From: Okamejei kenojei | Lineage: Eukaryota | Assembly (NCBI GenBank): GCA_035221665.1 | Contig: CM069154.1 | Span: 5,952,001 to 6,016,000, forward strand | DNA: 64,000 nt | Direction of reading: 5' to 3' | Part shown: positions 46,393 through 59,469 of the stretch, piece by piece | Numbering within the stretch: the stretch's first letter is position 1 | How the letters are laid out: each line of letters starts with the position of its first letter | The notes under the pieces: generated by a model | Databases searched by the model: none | What the model was told of the DNA's origin: nothing | Seen by the model: only the letters and a program-made list of their open reading frames with translations | Position numbers and translations under genes: made by a program

Positions 46393-48907
46393 TGAGGGAC
46401 TGAAAAGAGAAAGCTAGTAGACAATATGTGAGGCAGGTGACAGAGAAGGGAAGCACTCAGACCCAACATGTAGGGGGGAAAGAAGAAGAAAATAATAAAC
46501 AGAGAATAAGAGGTGGTGGGTTTCTGAAATGTGTGAGCAGAGAGACAGAGGGGTGTAAAATGAGGGTAGAAGCAATAGGTAGCAAGGTGAAAAGTAAAAG
46601 TGCAGGCAGACAAATTCAGGGCAAAAATCAAAAAGGGCCACTTTTCAACATAATTGTATAAGGGGTAAGAGTGTTGCAAAAACTAGCCTGAAGGCGTTGT
46701 GTCTCAATGCAAGGAACATTCGTAATAAGGTGGATGAGTTGAATGTGCAGATAGCTATTAATGACTATGATATAGTTGGGATCACGGAGACATGGCTCCA
46801 GGGTGACCAAGGCTGGGAGATGGACATCCAGGGATATTCAATATTCAGGAGGGATAGACAGAAAGGAAAAGGAGGTGGGGTAGCGTTGCTGGTTAGAGAG
46901 GAGATTAACGCAATAGAAAGGATGGACATTAGCTTGGAGGATATGGAATCGATAAGGGGAGAGCTGCGAAACACTAAGGGGCAAAAAACAGGCCACCTAA
47001 CAGTAGTATTGAGTAATGAGAAAGGGTTAGTTAGTAGTCTTGTTGTGCGTGGCCCATTGGGCAAGAGTGACCATAATATGGTTGAGTTCTTCATTAGGAT
47101 GGAGAGTGACATAATTAATTCAGAAACAAGGGTTCTGAAATTTTGAGGGTATGAGACGTGAATTGGCCAAGATAGACTGGCAATTGATTCTTAAAGGGTT
47201 GACGGTGGATAGGCAATGGAAGGCATTTAAAGACTGCATGGATGAACTACAACAATTGTTCATCCCAGTTTGGGAAAAGAATAAATCAGGGAAGGTAGTG
47301 CATCCGTGGATAACAAGGGAAATCAGGGATAGTATCAAAACAAAAGATGAAGCATACAAATTAGCCAGAAAAACAAGCCTACCAGGGGACTAGGAGAAAT
47401 TCAGAGTCCAGCAGAGGAGGACAAAGGGCTTAATTAGGAAAGGGAAAATAGATTATGAAAGGAAATTGGCAGGGAACATAAAAACTGACTGCAAAAGTTT
47501 TTATAGATATGTGAAGAGGAAAAGATTAGTTAAAACAAATGTTGGTCCCTTGCAGTCAGAAACAGGTGAATTGATCATGGGGAACAAGGACATGGCAGAT
47601 CAATTGAATAACTACTTTGGTTCTGTCTTCACTAAGGAATAACCTGCCGGAAATAGCAGGGGACCGGGGGTCAAATGAGATGGAGGAACTGAGTGAAATC
47701 CAGGTTAGCCGGGAAGTGGTGTTAGTTAAATTGAATGGATTAAAGGCCGATAAATCCCCAGGGCCAGATAGGCTGCATACCAGAGTACTTAAGGAGGTAA
47801 GCAAAGACAGGAAGCAAAGCAAGGAAGTACTTAAGACAGGAAGCAAAGAGTAGGAGTAAACGGGTCCTTTTCAGAATGGCAGGCAGTGACTAGTGGTGTA
47901 CCGCAAGGCTCAGTGCTGGGACCCCAGCTATTTACAATATATATTAATGATTTGGACGAGGGAATTGAATGCAACATTTCCAAGTTTGCGGATGACACGA
48001 AGCTGGGGGGCAATGTTAGCTGTGAGGAGGATGCTAGAAGGCTGCAAGGTGACCTGGATAGGCTGGGTGAGTGGGAAAATGCATAGCAGATGCAGATAAT
48101 GTGGATAAATGTGAGGTTATCCACTTTGGTGGCAAAAACAGGAAAGTAGACTATTATCTGAATGGTGGCCGATTAGGAAAAGGGGAGATGCAACGAGACC
48201 TGGGTGTCATGGTACACCAGTCATTGAAAGTAGGCATACAGGTGCAGCAGGCATTGAAGAAAGCGAATGGTATGTTAGTAATCATAGCAAAAGGATTTGA
48301 GTATAAGAGCAGGGAGGTTCTACTGCAGTTGTACAGGGTCTTGGTGAGGCCACACCTGGAGTATTTTGTACAGTTTTGGTCTCCAAATCTGAGGAAAGTC
48401 ATTCTTGCCATAGAGGGAATACAAAGAAGGTTCACCAGACTGATTCCTGGGATGTCTGGACTTTGATATGAAGAAAGACAGGATAGACTCGGCTTGTACT
48501 CGCTAGAATTTAGAAGATTGAGGGGGGGATCTTATAGAAACGTACAAAATTCTTAAGGGGTTGGACAGGCTAGATGCAGGAAGATTGTTCCCGATGTTGA
48601 GGAAGTCCAGAACAAGGGGTCACAGTTTAAGGATAAGGGGGAAGTCTTTTAGGACCGAGATGAGAAAATCATTTTTCACACAGAGAGTGGTGAATCTGTG
48701 GAATTCTCTGCCACAGAAGGTAGTTGAGGCCAGTTCATTGGCCATATTTAAGAGGGAAATAGATGTGGCCCTTGTGGCTAAAGGGATCAGGGGGTATGGA
48801 GAGAAGGCAGGTACAGGATACTAACTTGGATGATCAGCCATGATCATATTGAATGGTGGTGCAGGCTCGAATGGCCTACTCCTGCACCTATTTTCTATGT
48901 TTCTATG
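46393..48907 (+). mobile_element. CR1 LINE ORF2 (APE endonuclease + RT) with internal deletions
   Basis: CLNARNIRNK..GITETWL..GGGVAL..SDH; [16 protein letters not shown]; TTTCTATG tail. Confidence 0.92.
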
Positions 48908-50510
48908 TCCAGTTTTATTTACAAATGTATTGGGCCGCCTCCAGATCCAATCACCATCTCTAACTTTTCACAGGGATGGATTCAGTGAGTGTAGACTGGA
49001 CTCCCCTCTCACCGCCACCCCCCACTTCCCTTATCCTATTATTTATTTTGGGGGGAGGGCCTGGGTGAATCAGTGCGGGATGGAAAGATGGCGGGGCGGG
49101 GGGGAGGGGGGGGAGGTTGAGAAGGCAATCGGTTTGGAATGGATGGATTGAGGCTGGAGAATTAGTGTGTGTTGGTTGGAGTCGGTAAAGTTGTGAGGGG
49201 AGAGCATGGGTGATGTCAGTGGGGGAATACGGGATGGATGGGGGGGAATCAGTGCAGGATGGAAGGGGGGGAATCAGTACAGGATGAATGGGGGGTTCAG
49301 TACAGGATGAATGGGAGTGGGTCAGTACAGTGTGGATCGGAGATCTGTGCAGGATGAATGGGTGGTTCAGTACAGGATGAATGGGGAGAGCAGTGCAGGA
49401 TGGATGGGAAGGGGGTCAGTACAGGATGAATTGGGGGACGAGTGTAGGATGGATGTGGAGGTGGCAGGGGAATCAATGAGAGGTGGATAGGGAGATCATT
49501 GCAGGATGAATAGATGGGGGGTAGATGGGGCGGGGGGGGGGGAAGCACAGGGGATGTCAGTGAGGACTGAATAGAGGGGGGAATGGGGATCAGTGTGGGG
49601 TGGAGAGGAGGGGTCCCAGGATATGGTGGTGGGGGGCATACGAGAGCGAGAGAGAGAGAGCGCGGGAACGAGCGCTGCAGGTGCTTCAGACGGCAGAAGT
49701 GGGCCTACCCCCTTCTTTTCTCGCTCCCTCCTTCCTCCCGGCCTCGGCGTGCGGGAGGGGTTGTTTTGAAAGCGTTTGTTGCCGTTGGCGGAGTAGCACT
49801 CAGCGGCCGCTAAGAGGGTGCAGAAGGAGGTGGAGCCGCCGTCGCCACCACTGCTGCTGTGCGGGGCGAGGGACCGGCGGGGGACGGAGGGGTGGGGTGA
49901 GGGGTGGCGTAGACCCGGCCGGAGAAGCGCCTGGTGTCGGGTCACGGCCGCTGCCTGGACTGGGTTCAGAGTCAGTCGTTCCTGCTTCCCGCCCGGCGAC
50001 AGGAGAACGGTCGGAGGAATAGAGGGGGGAATGGGGATCAGTGTGGGGTGGAGAGGAGGGGTCCCAGGATAAGGTGTTATCGACCGACCGACTGGACGGG
50101 ACCCGCTGCCGAGGCTCCGACGCCGTGGATGGAGGCGATGGACTGGGCAGGCAGACCACCCCCCACCCCTTTTCTCCCCAAACCATCCCGCGTGTCGGAT
50201 TGGACCCTTCGCGGGTAGTTTAACACCCCCGATGTAAAAAACAGATTCCCCCAACCCGCAAAGCATCGCAATATTTCACGGCCCCACTCACCCAAACTAG
50301 GCCCGGAGCGTCGAGGCGATGCATTGAAAATGTCCGTGATCTGATCACGCGCACCGCGCACGCGCGGAGAGGCGGCATCATATTGCGTCGCTTCTGCGTC
50401 TTTGGTCACCAGCTTCCCCCCACTGCACAGGCACGGATGGTCACAAATATTTTTTTTAAATCATCCCGTGGGCCGGAACCAGAATTTTGCATAAATGTTT
50501 TTTACTCTAA

Positions 50511-53500
50511 ATTTTACTTCGGAGTCACATGAGTAAATCCAGTGCGGACAGCCGCGCGCATTTGTATCAGCAGGCTGGGGGGGGGGGGGGGGGGGGGAGA
50601 GCGCTCTCTCCTCCGGCTCCTTTATAAAGGGCCGGAGGTAAAGTACTTACCTTCACTCCACAGGATGGACAAGGGCAAGAGGAAGGCGACGCTGTCCAGG
50701 AGCCGTGCTGCATCGACCAGCCAAAGGCCCTTGTCCCCGGAGCTGCAAGCACCACCGGCAGCTTCAGGACGTGTGGGGGCAAGAATGCGGAAGTTGGGCG
50801 CTCCTGCTAGTTTAGCGCCCGACTCATTCACCCGAGTGGTTTACCGCCCCGGAACAGGATGCAACGGATCCAGACTTCGAGCCCCCTTCCCCCAAGAAAA
50901 GAGGGGGGAAACAGGTACGTGCAAAGGGGCCTCACTCATCGCTAGCGACTTCACCCCGAGTTCCAGTAGACGCGAGGGGGCTGGGCCGAGGGTCAGCTGC
51001 ACGACAGGGGAGCCCGACAGCTGTGCTCCACCACGTGCCACTGCCAGGGAGATCTGCCGTAGTGAAGTCTGGCAGCTCTACCGCTGCGTCGAGCAGACCT
51101 GCAGGAGCAGGTGCCGTCGACAAAACACCCCGTCAGGCTGCGGTCAAGGGTGGAGGTGGCAGCAGTAGTCGGTCAGCTCAGCTCTGGGAGCGGCTGACCA
51201 TGCGCCTCCACGCCAAAAATTGGGCGATTGTGGAGGTAAGCCTGCACGGACTCCGGGGAGCCAAGTTCCGGGGGCCGGCGCCGATCCAACTCACCTGCCT
51301 TCGTATCAGACAGGTGGGCCGCCACAGTGTGGGAGAAGACAGACTAGCGGAGAGTCCGTGCGGGAGTCGTATGAGCCTACTCGGGCAGTAGGTCACGACA
51401 ACCTGCCATTGGACTCTAGACAGCACCTTACGGAGGTGTGGTCCAATGGTGGAAGCCCCAGTGATTTTGCAGGGCCTGGGGAAGTCGGCTTGTCCGCTGC
51501 ACATAGCAGGGACGGTCGCATAGAGCGGTTGGAGCTCTTAGTGGAGCAAACTCCTCCAGCGGGACCGGGAAGAGCGGGACTCACGAGCATCCACAAGCCG
51601 TGCAAGGAGTCCTCTCAGCATCTCGTCGTCACCAGCCAGAGGTGCTAGCAGTTGCCCAGCCGCTGTGTTTGAAGACGACACGGGACAGCCAATGACTGCT
51701 GAGCCAGAGCATGAGGAGGATATGCTGGACGTGGTGGGCAAGTTTGCCGCAACTACACAAACAGGGGAACCCATGCACCACAAACTGGCGGGCAACATTG
51801 ATTACCTGACTACTCACCAACTCCAGAGTCAGGTTCTCAATGATACTATGGAGAAAATAAAACCGCCCGAGAACTGCATCAACCTCAGTGTGCCCTTGGT
51901 TAATGCCCAGATCTGGGGACACTTGAGTACGGCCACCAGGATGCAGGATGCAGCCTTCAGCGTATCTTAAAGGTCCTCTCCACGGGCATAACGGCGTTTG
52001 CTAGGACCCTTGACGGGGATAATGTGTCCAGTGAACAACAAGATGCCCTGGCACTCCTATGCAATGCCCAGTATGAGATCAACTGCCTGCATAAGAGCTC
52101 CATTAAGCCCACACTCAACCCCAAATTCGCGGGGTTGTGCCGTCCATCAACCGCTCCACCGCCTCATCAATTGTTTGGTGACCTGTCCAAACAAGTGAAG
52201 GAACTGGACGAGGAGGCCAAAACAGCTGGCCTCATGAAACCTCCTACGGCCAGACTTCACCCATACCACCGGCAACAGCCACACACAAACTGGAAACCAT
52301 GACTGCCGGACAGGACACAAAGGACCTATCCACCTCCACTTCCCCAAACACAACAACCTTTTTTAGGACAAGGCCAACAGCGGCCTGCATGGAAGATGCG
52401 GCCGCCATCCCGTCAACCTCCACAACGTCCACCCAAAACACCATACGTGTGGAACCGTCGTTAACCATGGAGGTAAGGGGGCCTGGTTCCTCTCACGCTG
52501 TAGCATCCCCTCCTGCACAAATTGGTGGGCGATTGCGGGCTTTTTTGGAAATATGGAACACTGTCACTACAGATTAGTTTATTTTACAAAGTGTTCAAGG
52601 CTATGTTATAGAATTTATTGATGGAATAAATCCCCCAACCCAGCATTCGCCTCATAGGAAATTTATACTATCCCAAAAAGAGGTGGAGGCAGGACATGCT
52701 GAAATTATACGGCTAGCGGCAAAAGGGGTAATTGGCAAAACAACGCATGAACCTATTGAGTTTGTGTCCAACATTTTCACCAGAATTAAAAAATATGGGA
52801 GATGTCGGATAAATAGACATAACAGAGCTGAACACTTTTGTACAATATACCCACTTCAAAATGGATACTTTTGAAACAGTCAAGCAGATGCTTTACTCAG
52901 GGTATTTTATGGCATGCATCGATTTAAAAGATGCATACTATACGGTGCCCATCTCTGAAGCTCACAGGAAATTTCTAAAGTTTGTCTGGAAGGATCAATT
53001 ATGGGAATACAAAGCGTTGCCCAATGGAATCACCACAGCCCCTAGGCTGTTTACAAAATTAGTAAAACCTATATTGGCTCTTCTCCGACAACAAAATTAT
53101 ATGGTTTGGCTACAAGGGCAGTGGCTGCAACTAAGGCTCTTTTCGAGAAGCTGGGATTTGTAATCCATCCAGACAAGTCAAAGTTGCACCCGGTACGGGT
53201 TATGGATTATTTGGGGTTCACCCTAGACACCAACTTAATGATGGTTACCATCCCAACCAATAAAGCTACTGCTATAAGAGAAGAGTGCCACAGTCTTGTT
53301 TGCGCCAGGGTACCGACCATTCGGCAAACGGCAAAAGTAATAGGGAAATTGGTAGCTACATTCCCAGCTGCACAATTCGGACCGCTACACTACCGAAATG
53401 TACAAAGAACAAAGATTGCAGCATTAAAAGCAAATGATGGGCACTTTGATCGGCCAATCCGGTTACCACCAAAGGCTAGAACCGAGCTACAATGGTGGGT

Positions 53501-55786
53501 TGACAATATTAGTAAGTGTCACAGACCCATCATAGTAAGCAACCCAGATGTCGTGCTACAAACTGACGCAAGCGCACACGGCTGGGGAGCAACTGATACT
53601 ATGTCCAGTTGTGGTGGCAGATGGAACTCTCGTGAGTCTACCTTCCTGGAGTTACACGGGATAAATTATATTGAAATGCTGGGGGCATTTCATGGACTGT
53701 ACTAACTCACGGGATTTACATGTCCGCCTCCAAATAGATAACACTACAGTGGTGGCTTACATCAATCATGTGGGTGTATTCAGGTCGCTATCTTGTGATG
53801 AATTGGCAAACACAATTTGGCACTGGTGCATTGAAAGGAATATTTGGATTACAGCGACCTATTTGCCAGGGAAGCTTAATACAGTGGCGGACACCAGGTC
53901 ACGTGTATTCAATGACAACATCGAGTGGATGTTGAACCCTCAAATTTTTGGAGACATTATAGCTCACTATGGGACACCAGATATTGACCTTTTTGCGTCC
54001 AGGTTGAACCATCAGATACCAACGTATGTGTCTTGGGAACCAGACCCTGGGGCAATAGCAGTGGATGCGTTTTCTATCCATTGGGGGAAATGGTTTTGCT
54101 ACGCATTTCCCCCATTTTGCCTTATCAGTCGGGTATTGCAGAAAATTAAACTGGACTCTGCAACTGGCATATTGATCATTCCCGACTGGCCTACACAGCC
54201 ATGGTACCCGATGGTCATTAAAATTTTGAAACAACCATGGATTTCGATTGGGAAACACCCCAAATTGATTACTCACCCCATTACGGGGGATAGTCATCCA
54301 TGCCATGGTCACCTAAACTTGTTGGCCTACAGGTTCTGAAAAGACCACTCATCAAGGCGGGCATCTCACCACGAGCCATGGAACTCATCTCAGCATCATG
54401 CCGAGAATCAACTCGGAAGCAGTACCTCACGCAGATCAGAAAGTGGGAGGCATTCTGTGCTCGTACGAACAAGACTTCCAACAAGGCAACCATACCTGAT
54501 GTTCTGGAGTTCCTAGCTGGCCTACATTTCGATGATGGCCTTAGCTACAGTGCCATCAACAGTGCCAGGAGTGTGCTGTCCTCATACCTGGATAGGTATA
54601 GGCTCCAACCACCTGGTGTCTAAACTCATGAGGGGAGTGTTCAACACCAACCCTCCGCGACCCAGATATACTTTCACGTGGGATGTGGGGATCGTGGTGA
54701 CCCTACTGAGGAGCTGGGCTCCAATGAATGAGCTACCGCTGAAACAGCTCACCCTCAAGGTGGTGATGCTGATGGCACTGACTACAGCCCGACGAGTCCA
54801 GACGTTACAAAAACTGCGATTGGACCGCATGGTGGCCACCCCTGGTCAAATACATTTCTTTATACAAGATTTATTGAAGCAGCACAGGCCAGGGGCACAT
54901 GGGCTGCAGTTGGAGTTTCGGACGTACCCTGTAGATGCCACTCTCTGCATAGTTACGCATCTCCACCACTATATCGGAATTACAGGAGCCATCAGGAAGA
55001 AGGAACAGGGGCTCCTTATCAGCCACAAACCTCTGCACCATCGGACTGTACAGACCATCACCAGGTGGCTCAGGGTGGCGTTGGATGCAGCAGGAGTTGC
55101 TACTAACATTTTTAAATCCCATTCCACTAGGGCTGCATCCACATCAGCGGCGAGGGCCATGGAGGTGCCCATGGATCACATTCTCGCCACTGCGGGCTGG
55201 GCCAGAGAAGAAACCTTTCAACGGTTCTACAATAAGCCACTGGTCGCCTCTGCGACATTCGCAGAAGATGTGCTGGGAACCGCTCAGTGAATGTCTGTCC
55301 CCGAATTAGGGGTTATTTGTTTGTTTTATTTGAAATTGTATTACTTTTTCAGCCAGTTTCGACTGAACTGCACTAACAGCCTTCCTCCATCAGACTTGCG
55401 GCAGTGTGATAAGCATGGACGTTGTCCAGGGCGTGAAATCACAGAGCTTTGAAATCTTCACGAAGTCACTCACGTGACTCCGAAGTAAAATAGTAAGATT
55501 AAACGAGAACTTACCAAGTTTGAAGATTGATCTGTATTTTACGAGGAGTCGCGGTGAGGGATTTCGTGCCCCCCACTCCCACCCTCTATCATAAGGTCAA
55601 CTCGGAAGTTCTACGTTCTTCATCTTACTATTTTTAGTCATGGTGCGTTCTGCGATTCCACACTGCTGCTTTGAAGGATGCTGCGCATGCGTGCTGGCGG
55701 GGTCTTCACGAAATCCCTCACCGGGACTCCTCGTAAAATACAGATCAACCTTCAAACATGGTAAGTTCTCGTTTAATCTTACTATT
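50511..55786 (+). mobile_element. DIRS retrotransposon C, full length and frameshifted: gag, RT-RNaseH-MT (~52470-54339), tyrosine recombinase (~54380-55290)
   Basis: DLKDAYY, QTDASAHGWG, IDNTT, DLFASRLN..YAFPPF..PDWPTQPWYP, HSTRAAS..AGW; ICR ~55454-55568. Confidence 0.95.
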
Positions 55787-56959
55787 TTTTTTCCTCTGGG
55801 GAAAAAAAGGGGGGTGCGGTCGCACCGAACGCACCCCCCCTTCGGACGGCCATGCAGACAGCACCCATATATGGGTTATCATTGTTTCTTGGTGGTTGCA
55901 CAGGTCATTGTTTGTCTCGAGAGTTGGGGGAGAATGTGGAGAATGAAGAATTTTTTTTAATACGGTTTGAGAATCAAGGGGAATATTATAGAACATGTAA
56001 AAGTGTACAATATGTGGTAGAGATCAACATGTTGGATTGCTTATAAAGGATCATAAAGGACACATAAAGGATCAAACCCGGGTCTCTGGCGCTGTGAGGC
56101 AGCAGCTCAACCGCTGCGTCACTGTGCCACCCTACAAGGAATATGTAACTACAAGGAACTGCAGATGCAGGCTTATCCCAAAGAAAGTTCATGTTCATAA
56201 GTCATAGGAACAGAATTAGGCCATTTCATCCATTGAGTCTACTCTGCCATTCAGTCATGAATAATCTATCTCTCCCTCTCAACCCCATTCTCCTGCTTTC
56301 TCTGCGTGGCCCTTGACCCTTGTACTAATCAAGAACCTGTCAATCTTTGCTGGATATTCCTTGCTATCGGCTGACACGATGGACTGAAAAGAAGGAAAGG
56401 ACACTTAATTTTTATTAATTCTTAGAAATAGTTATAAAAGGTGTCAGGGGTTATGGGCAGAGAGTAGGAGAATGGGATAAAGAGGGAAAGATTGGGGATG
56501 TGAGGGGGCGGGAAATCGGAGCACCCGGAGAAAACCCACGTAATCACAGGGAGAATGTGCAAACTCCACACAGAGAGCACCTGAACTCAGGATCAATCCC
56601 AGGTTTCTGGCATGTGAGCAACAGCTTTACCCTTGCAGAGATTGCTATTACACTCCTGGTGTCAGGGGTTATGGGGAGAAGGCAGGAGAATGTGGTTAGG
56701 AGGGGGAGATAGATCGGCCACGATCGAATGGTGGAGTAGACTTGATGGGCCCAATGACCTAATTCTGCTCCTATCACTTATGAACTTATTAACTTAATTC
56801 CAAGCAAGGTGTTCCCTCATCTGTCTGAAGGAAGGTCCTGACCTGAAACATCCCCTATCCATCCCTTCCACAAATGCTGCCTGACCTGCTGAGTTACTCC
56901 AATGTGTTGTCAATGTTGAATTTAAAGATGCAGAAAGAGGTGAATAAAATAAATCTTAC

Positions 56960-57069
56960 CTGTTTCCTTTGCCTACATTCTCACGGTCACAATACCCCAG
57001 ACAAGCAGAATGGCAAGGACTATCCAACGCATAATGTTCCATATGAAATTGTAGTTAGTATTATGTTTC
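56960..57069 (-). pseudogene. Orphan transmembrane exon KHNTNYNFIWNIMRWIVLAILLVWGIVTVRM*, apparent +1 frameshift
   Basis: ccctcttag|G AAA..CAG|gtaaga; same W..(x)RW motif and entry phase as the gene 2 TM exon; not in the ORF track. Confidence 0.75.
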
Positions 57070-57616
57070 CTAAGAGGGAAGAGGCAAATCAGTTTAATCA
57101 AAGGCGTTTACTAAGAGTACAGATGGATGTGCATCCGATTATTTGTACTTAGTTTAGAAATAGAGATACCATGCGGAAACAGGCCCTTCAGCCCACCTAG
57201 TCTGCGCCGACCAGTGATCCCCGCATATTAACTATCCTACACACACTAGGGACAATTTACATTTACACCAAGCCAATTTTGCTACATACCTGGACGTCTT
57301 TGGAGTGTGGGAGGAAACCAAAGATCTCGGAGGAAACCCACGCGGTCACTGGAGAATGTACAAACTCCGTACAGACAGCATCCATAGTTAGGATCGAACC
57401 CAGGTTGTGTAAGGCAGCAACTCTACCGTTGCACCACCGTGCCGCCCTTGTTTGCTTGGGCAGGACTGTTGGGGACACAAAGTGCAGGAGTAACTCAGCG
57501 GTTCAGGGAGCATCTCTGGAGTTCAGGGATAGGTAATATTTTGGGTCAGGACCCTTGTTCAGACTTCTGGAAATTGTCCACAGGGTATCGGATGGAACAA
57601 GAATACAGGTGATCAT

Positions 57617-57762
57617 ACAATGGCTTGCAAACGTTTTCATACCCCTTGAACGTTTCCACATTTTGTCACGTTACAACCACAAACGTAAATGTATTTTATT
57701 GGGATTTTATGTGATAGACCAACACAAAGTGGTGCATAATTGTGAAGTGGAAGGAAAATGAT
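57617..57762. mobile_element. Isolated Tc1-type TIR fragment
   Basis: TACA.TG.CTTGCAAA..TTCATACCCCTTGAAC.TTTCCACATTTTGT resembles the inverse of 62100-62160. Confidence 0.6.
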
Positions 57763-58829
57763 GGAGAGATATGGATTATGTGTAGGCAGATAAGGGTTTG
57801 TTCAGGGCAAGCCCTACCAGAGGGGGGCAACGAGTGCCATTTGGCATGGGCCTCATGCCTGTCTGCTTCAAAGGGATCTTGATTTGGGGGCCTCTAAAAT
57901 TGAGGGGCTTCTGCTTGAAATTCTAAAATTGAAATTGGCCTGGGCCTCAGTTCATCTATGATATGGCCTGGTTCCTGGCATTATGTTCGGCACGGACATT
58001 GTGGGCCCGAGGGCTTGTTCCTGTCGTGTTTAGTTTAGTTTAGAGATACAGCATGGAAACATGCCCTTTGCCCCACTAAGTTTGCTCTGACCAGCAATCA
58101 CCCATACACTAGTTTTATCGTGCACACTGGGTACAATTTACAGAAGCCAATTAACCTACAAACCTGCACGTCTTTGGAATGTGGGAGGAAACCAGAGCAC
58201 CCAGAGAAAACCCATGCGGTCACAGGGAGAACGTACAATCTCCGTAGTCAGGATTGTCCCAGGCGTCTGGCAGCAACTCCACCGCTGTGTCACTATGCCA
58301 CCCTGGCTCAAGAAAGCAGCTAACATAATAAAGGAGCTTTATCACCACAGTCATCCCCTCCAATCCCTCTTTTGTCCATGATAACATTCAAGCTTATATT
58401 TGCAATTTGCACAAGGACTAGACTATATCAAAAATATTTTTGGCACTAATTGTTTGTTTACATTTTGAAGGTTTTTGTTAGTTAGTTAGCTAGTTAAGTT
58501 TATTGTCACTCATAAGTCGCTCAGCTCTTCCTCTTCATTGCAAAATACGTTTAAGTAGAAATGTTACGAGGAACATAAATAAGGAAGAAGTCAGCAAGAC
58601 ATTGTGTATGAAACCACAATGATCTTGCAGTTTAACTCTCGAGTTTCAAATTTTCTCAGCACATTTCAAACATAAATTAATGTTCATAGAGTAATGAAAA
58701 TGGTGAAAAGAAAAACCTGGCACGAGTGTGGAATATTTGGTAATACGCTCACCTTACCATTCAATCATGGCTCATCTACCTCTCCCTCCTAACCCTATTC
58801 TCCTGCCTTCTCCCCATAACCCCTTTGAT

Positions 58830-59465
58830 TGCAGCCGGATCTGGATCGATTGACCTGGTGGGCGGAGTATTGGTTGATGGAATTTAATACAGAGAAGTGT
58901 GAGGTGTTGCGTTTTGTGACCTTGGACCTACACAGTAAATGACAGGCCTCTGGGTAGTTGTAGAGCAGAGGGATCTAGGAGTACAGGTGCATGATTCCTT
59001 GAAGGTTGAGTCACAGGGAGATAAAATGGTCAAAAAGGCACTTTGACCTTCATCAGTCAGAGTATTGTGTATAGAAGTTCGGAGGTCATGTTGCAGTTGT
59101 ATAAGATGTTGGTGAGACTGCATTTAGAATATTGTGTTCAGTTCTGGGCACCATGATATAGGAAATATACTGTCAAGCTTGAAAGGGGTCCGAAAAGATT
59201 TACGAGGATGTTGCCAGGACTAGAGTGTGTGAGGTTGAGTAGGCAGGGTCTCTATTCCATGGAGCACAGGTGGATAAGGGGTGATCTGAAAGAGGTGTAT
59301 AAGATCATGAGAGGAATAGATCGGGTAGATGCACAAAGTCTTTTGCCCAGAGTAGGGAAATCGAGGAGCAGAGGACATAGGTTCAAGGTGAAGGGGAAAG
59401 ATTTAATAGGAATCTGAGGGGTAACTTTTTCACACAAAGGGTGGTGGGTATATGGAACAAGCCAC
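58830..59465 (+). mobile_element. CR1 fragment, older subfamily, truncated at the Tc1 junction
   Basis: QRDLGV, HLEYCVQFWAP, RGDL.EVYKIM, RGHRFKV. Confidence 0.8.
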
Positions 59466-59469
59466 TGTA

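Larger units (their letters stand above)
45080..55854. mobile_element. hAT-like element copy 2 (right end present) with nested CR1 (46393-48907) and DIRS C (50511-55786)
   Basis: Homology to copy 1 resumes across the CR1; ends ..TTCGGACGGCCATG, an imperfect inverse (10/15) of the copy 1 start; continuity from 48986 to 55854 is inferred. Confidence 0.5.

Noticed and set aside
49496-51648. Multiple GC-rich ORFs as host genes
   Set aside because: Low stop density in GC-rich DNA or decayed DIRS gag; no recognisable domains
55400-55445. Hammerhead in the DIRS 3' UTR (TGATAAG..GAAA)
   Set aside because: The CUGANGA core is absent and not conserved in elements A and B
58745-58760. AG|GTGAGC donor as the gene 3 stalk exon end
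   Set aside because: Upstream sequence is a CR1 tail repeat with no acceptor or coding similarity
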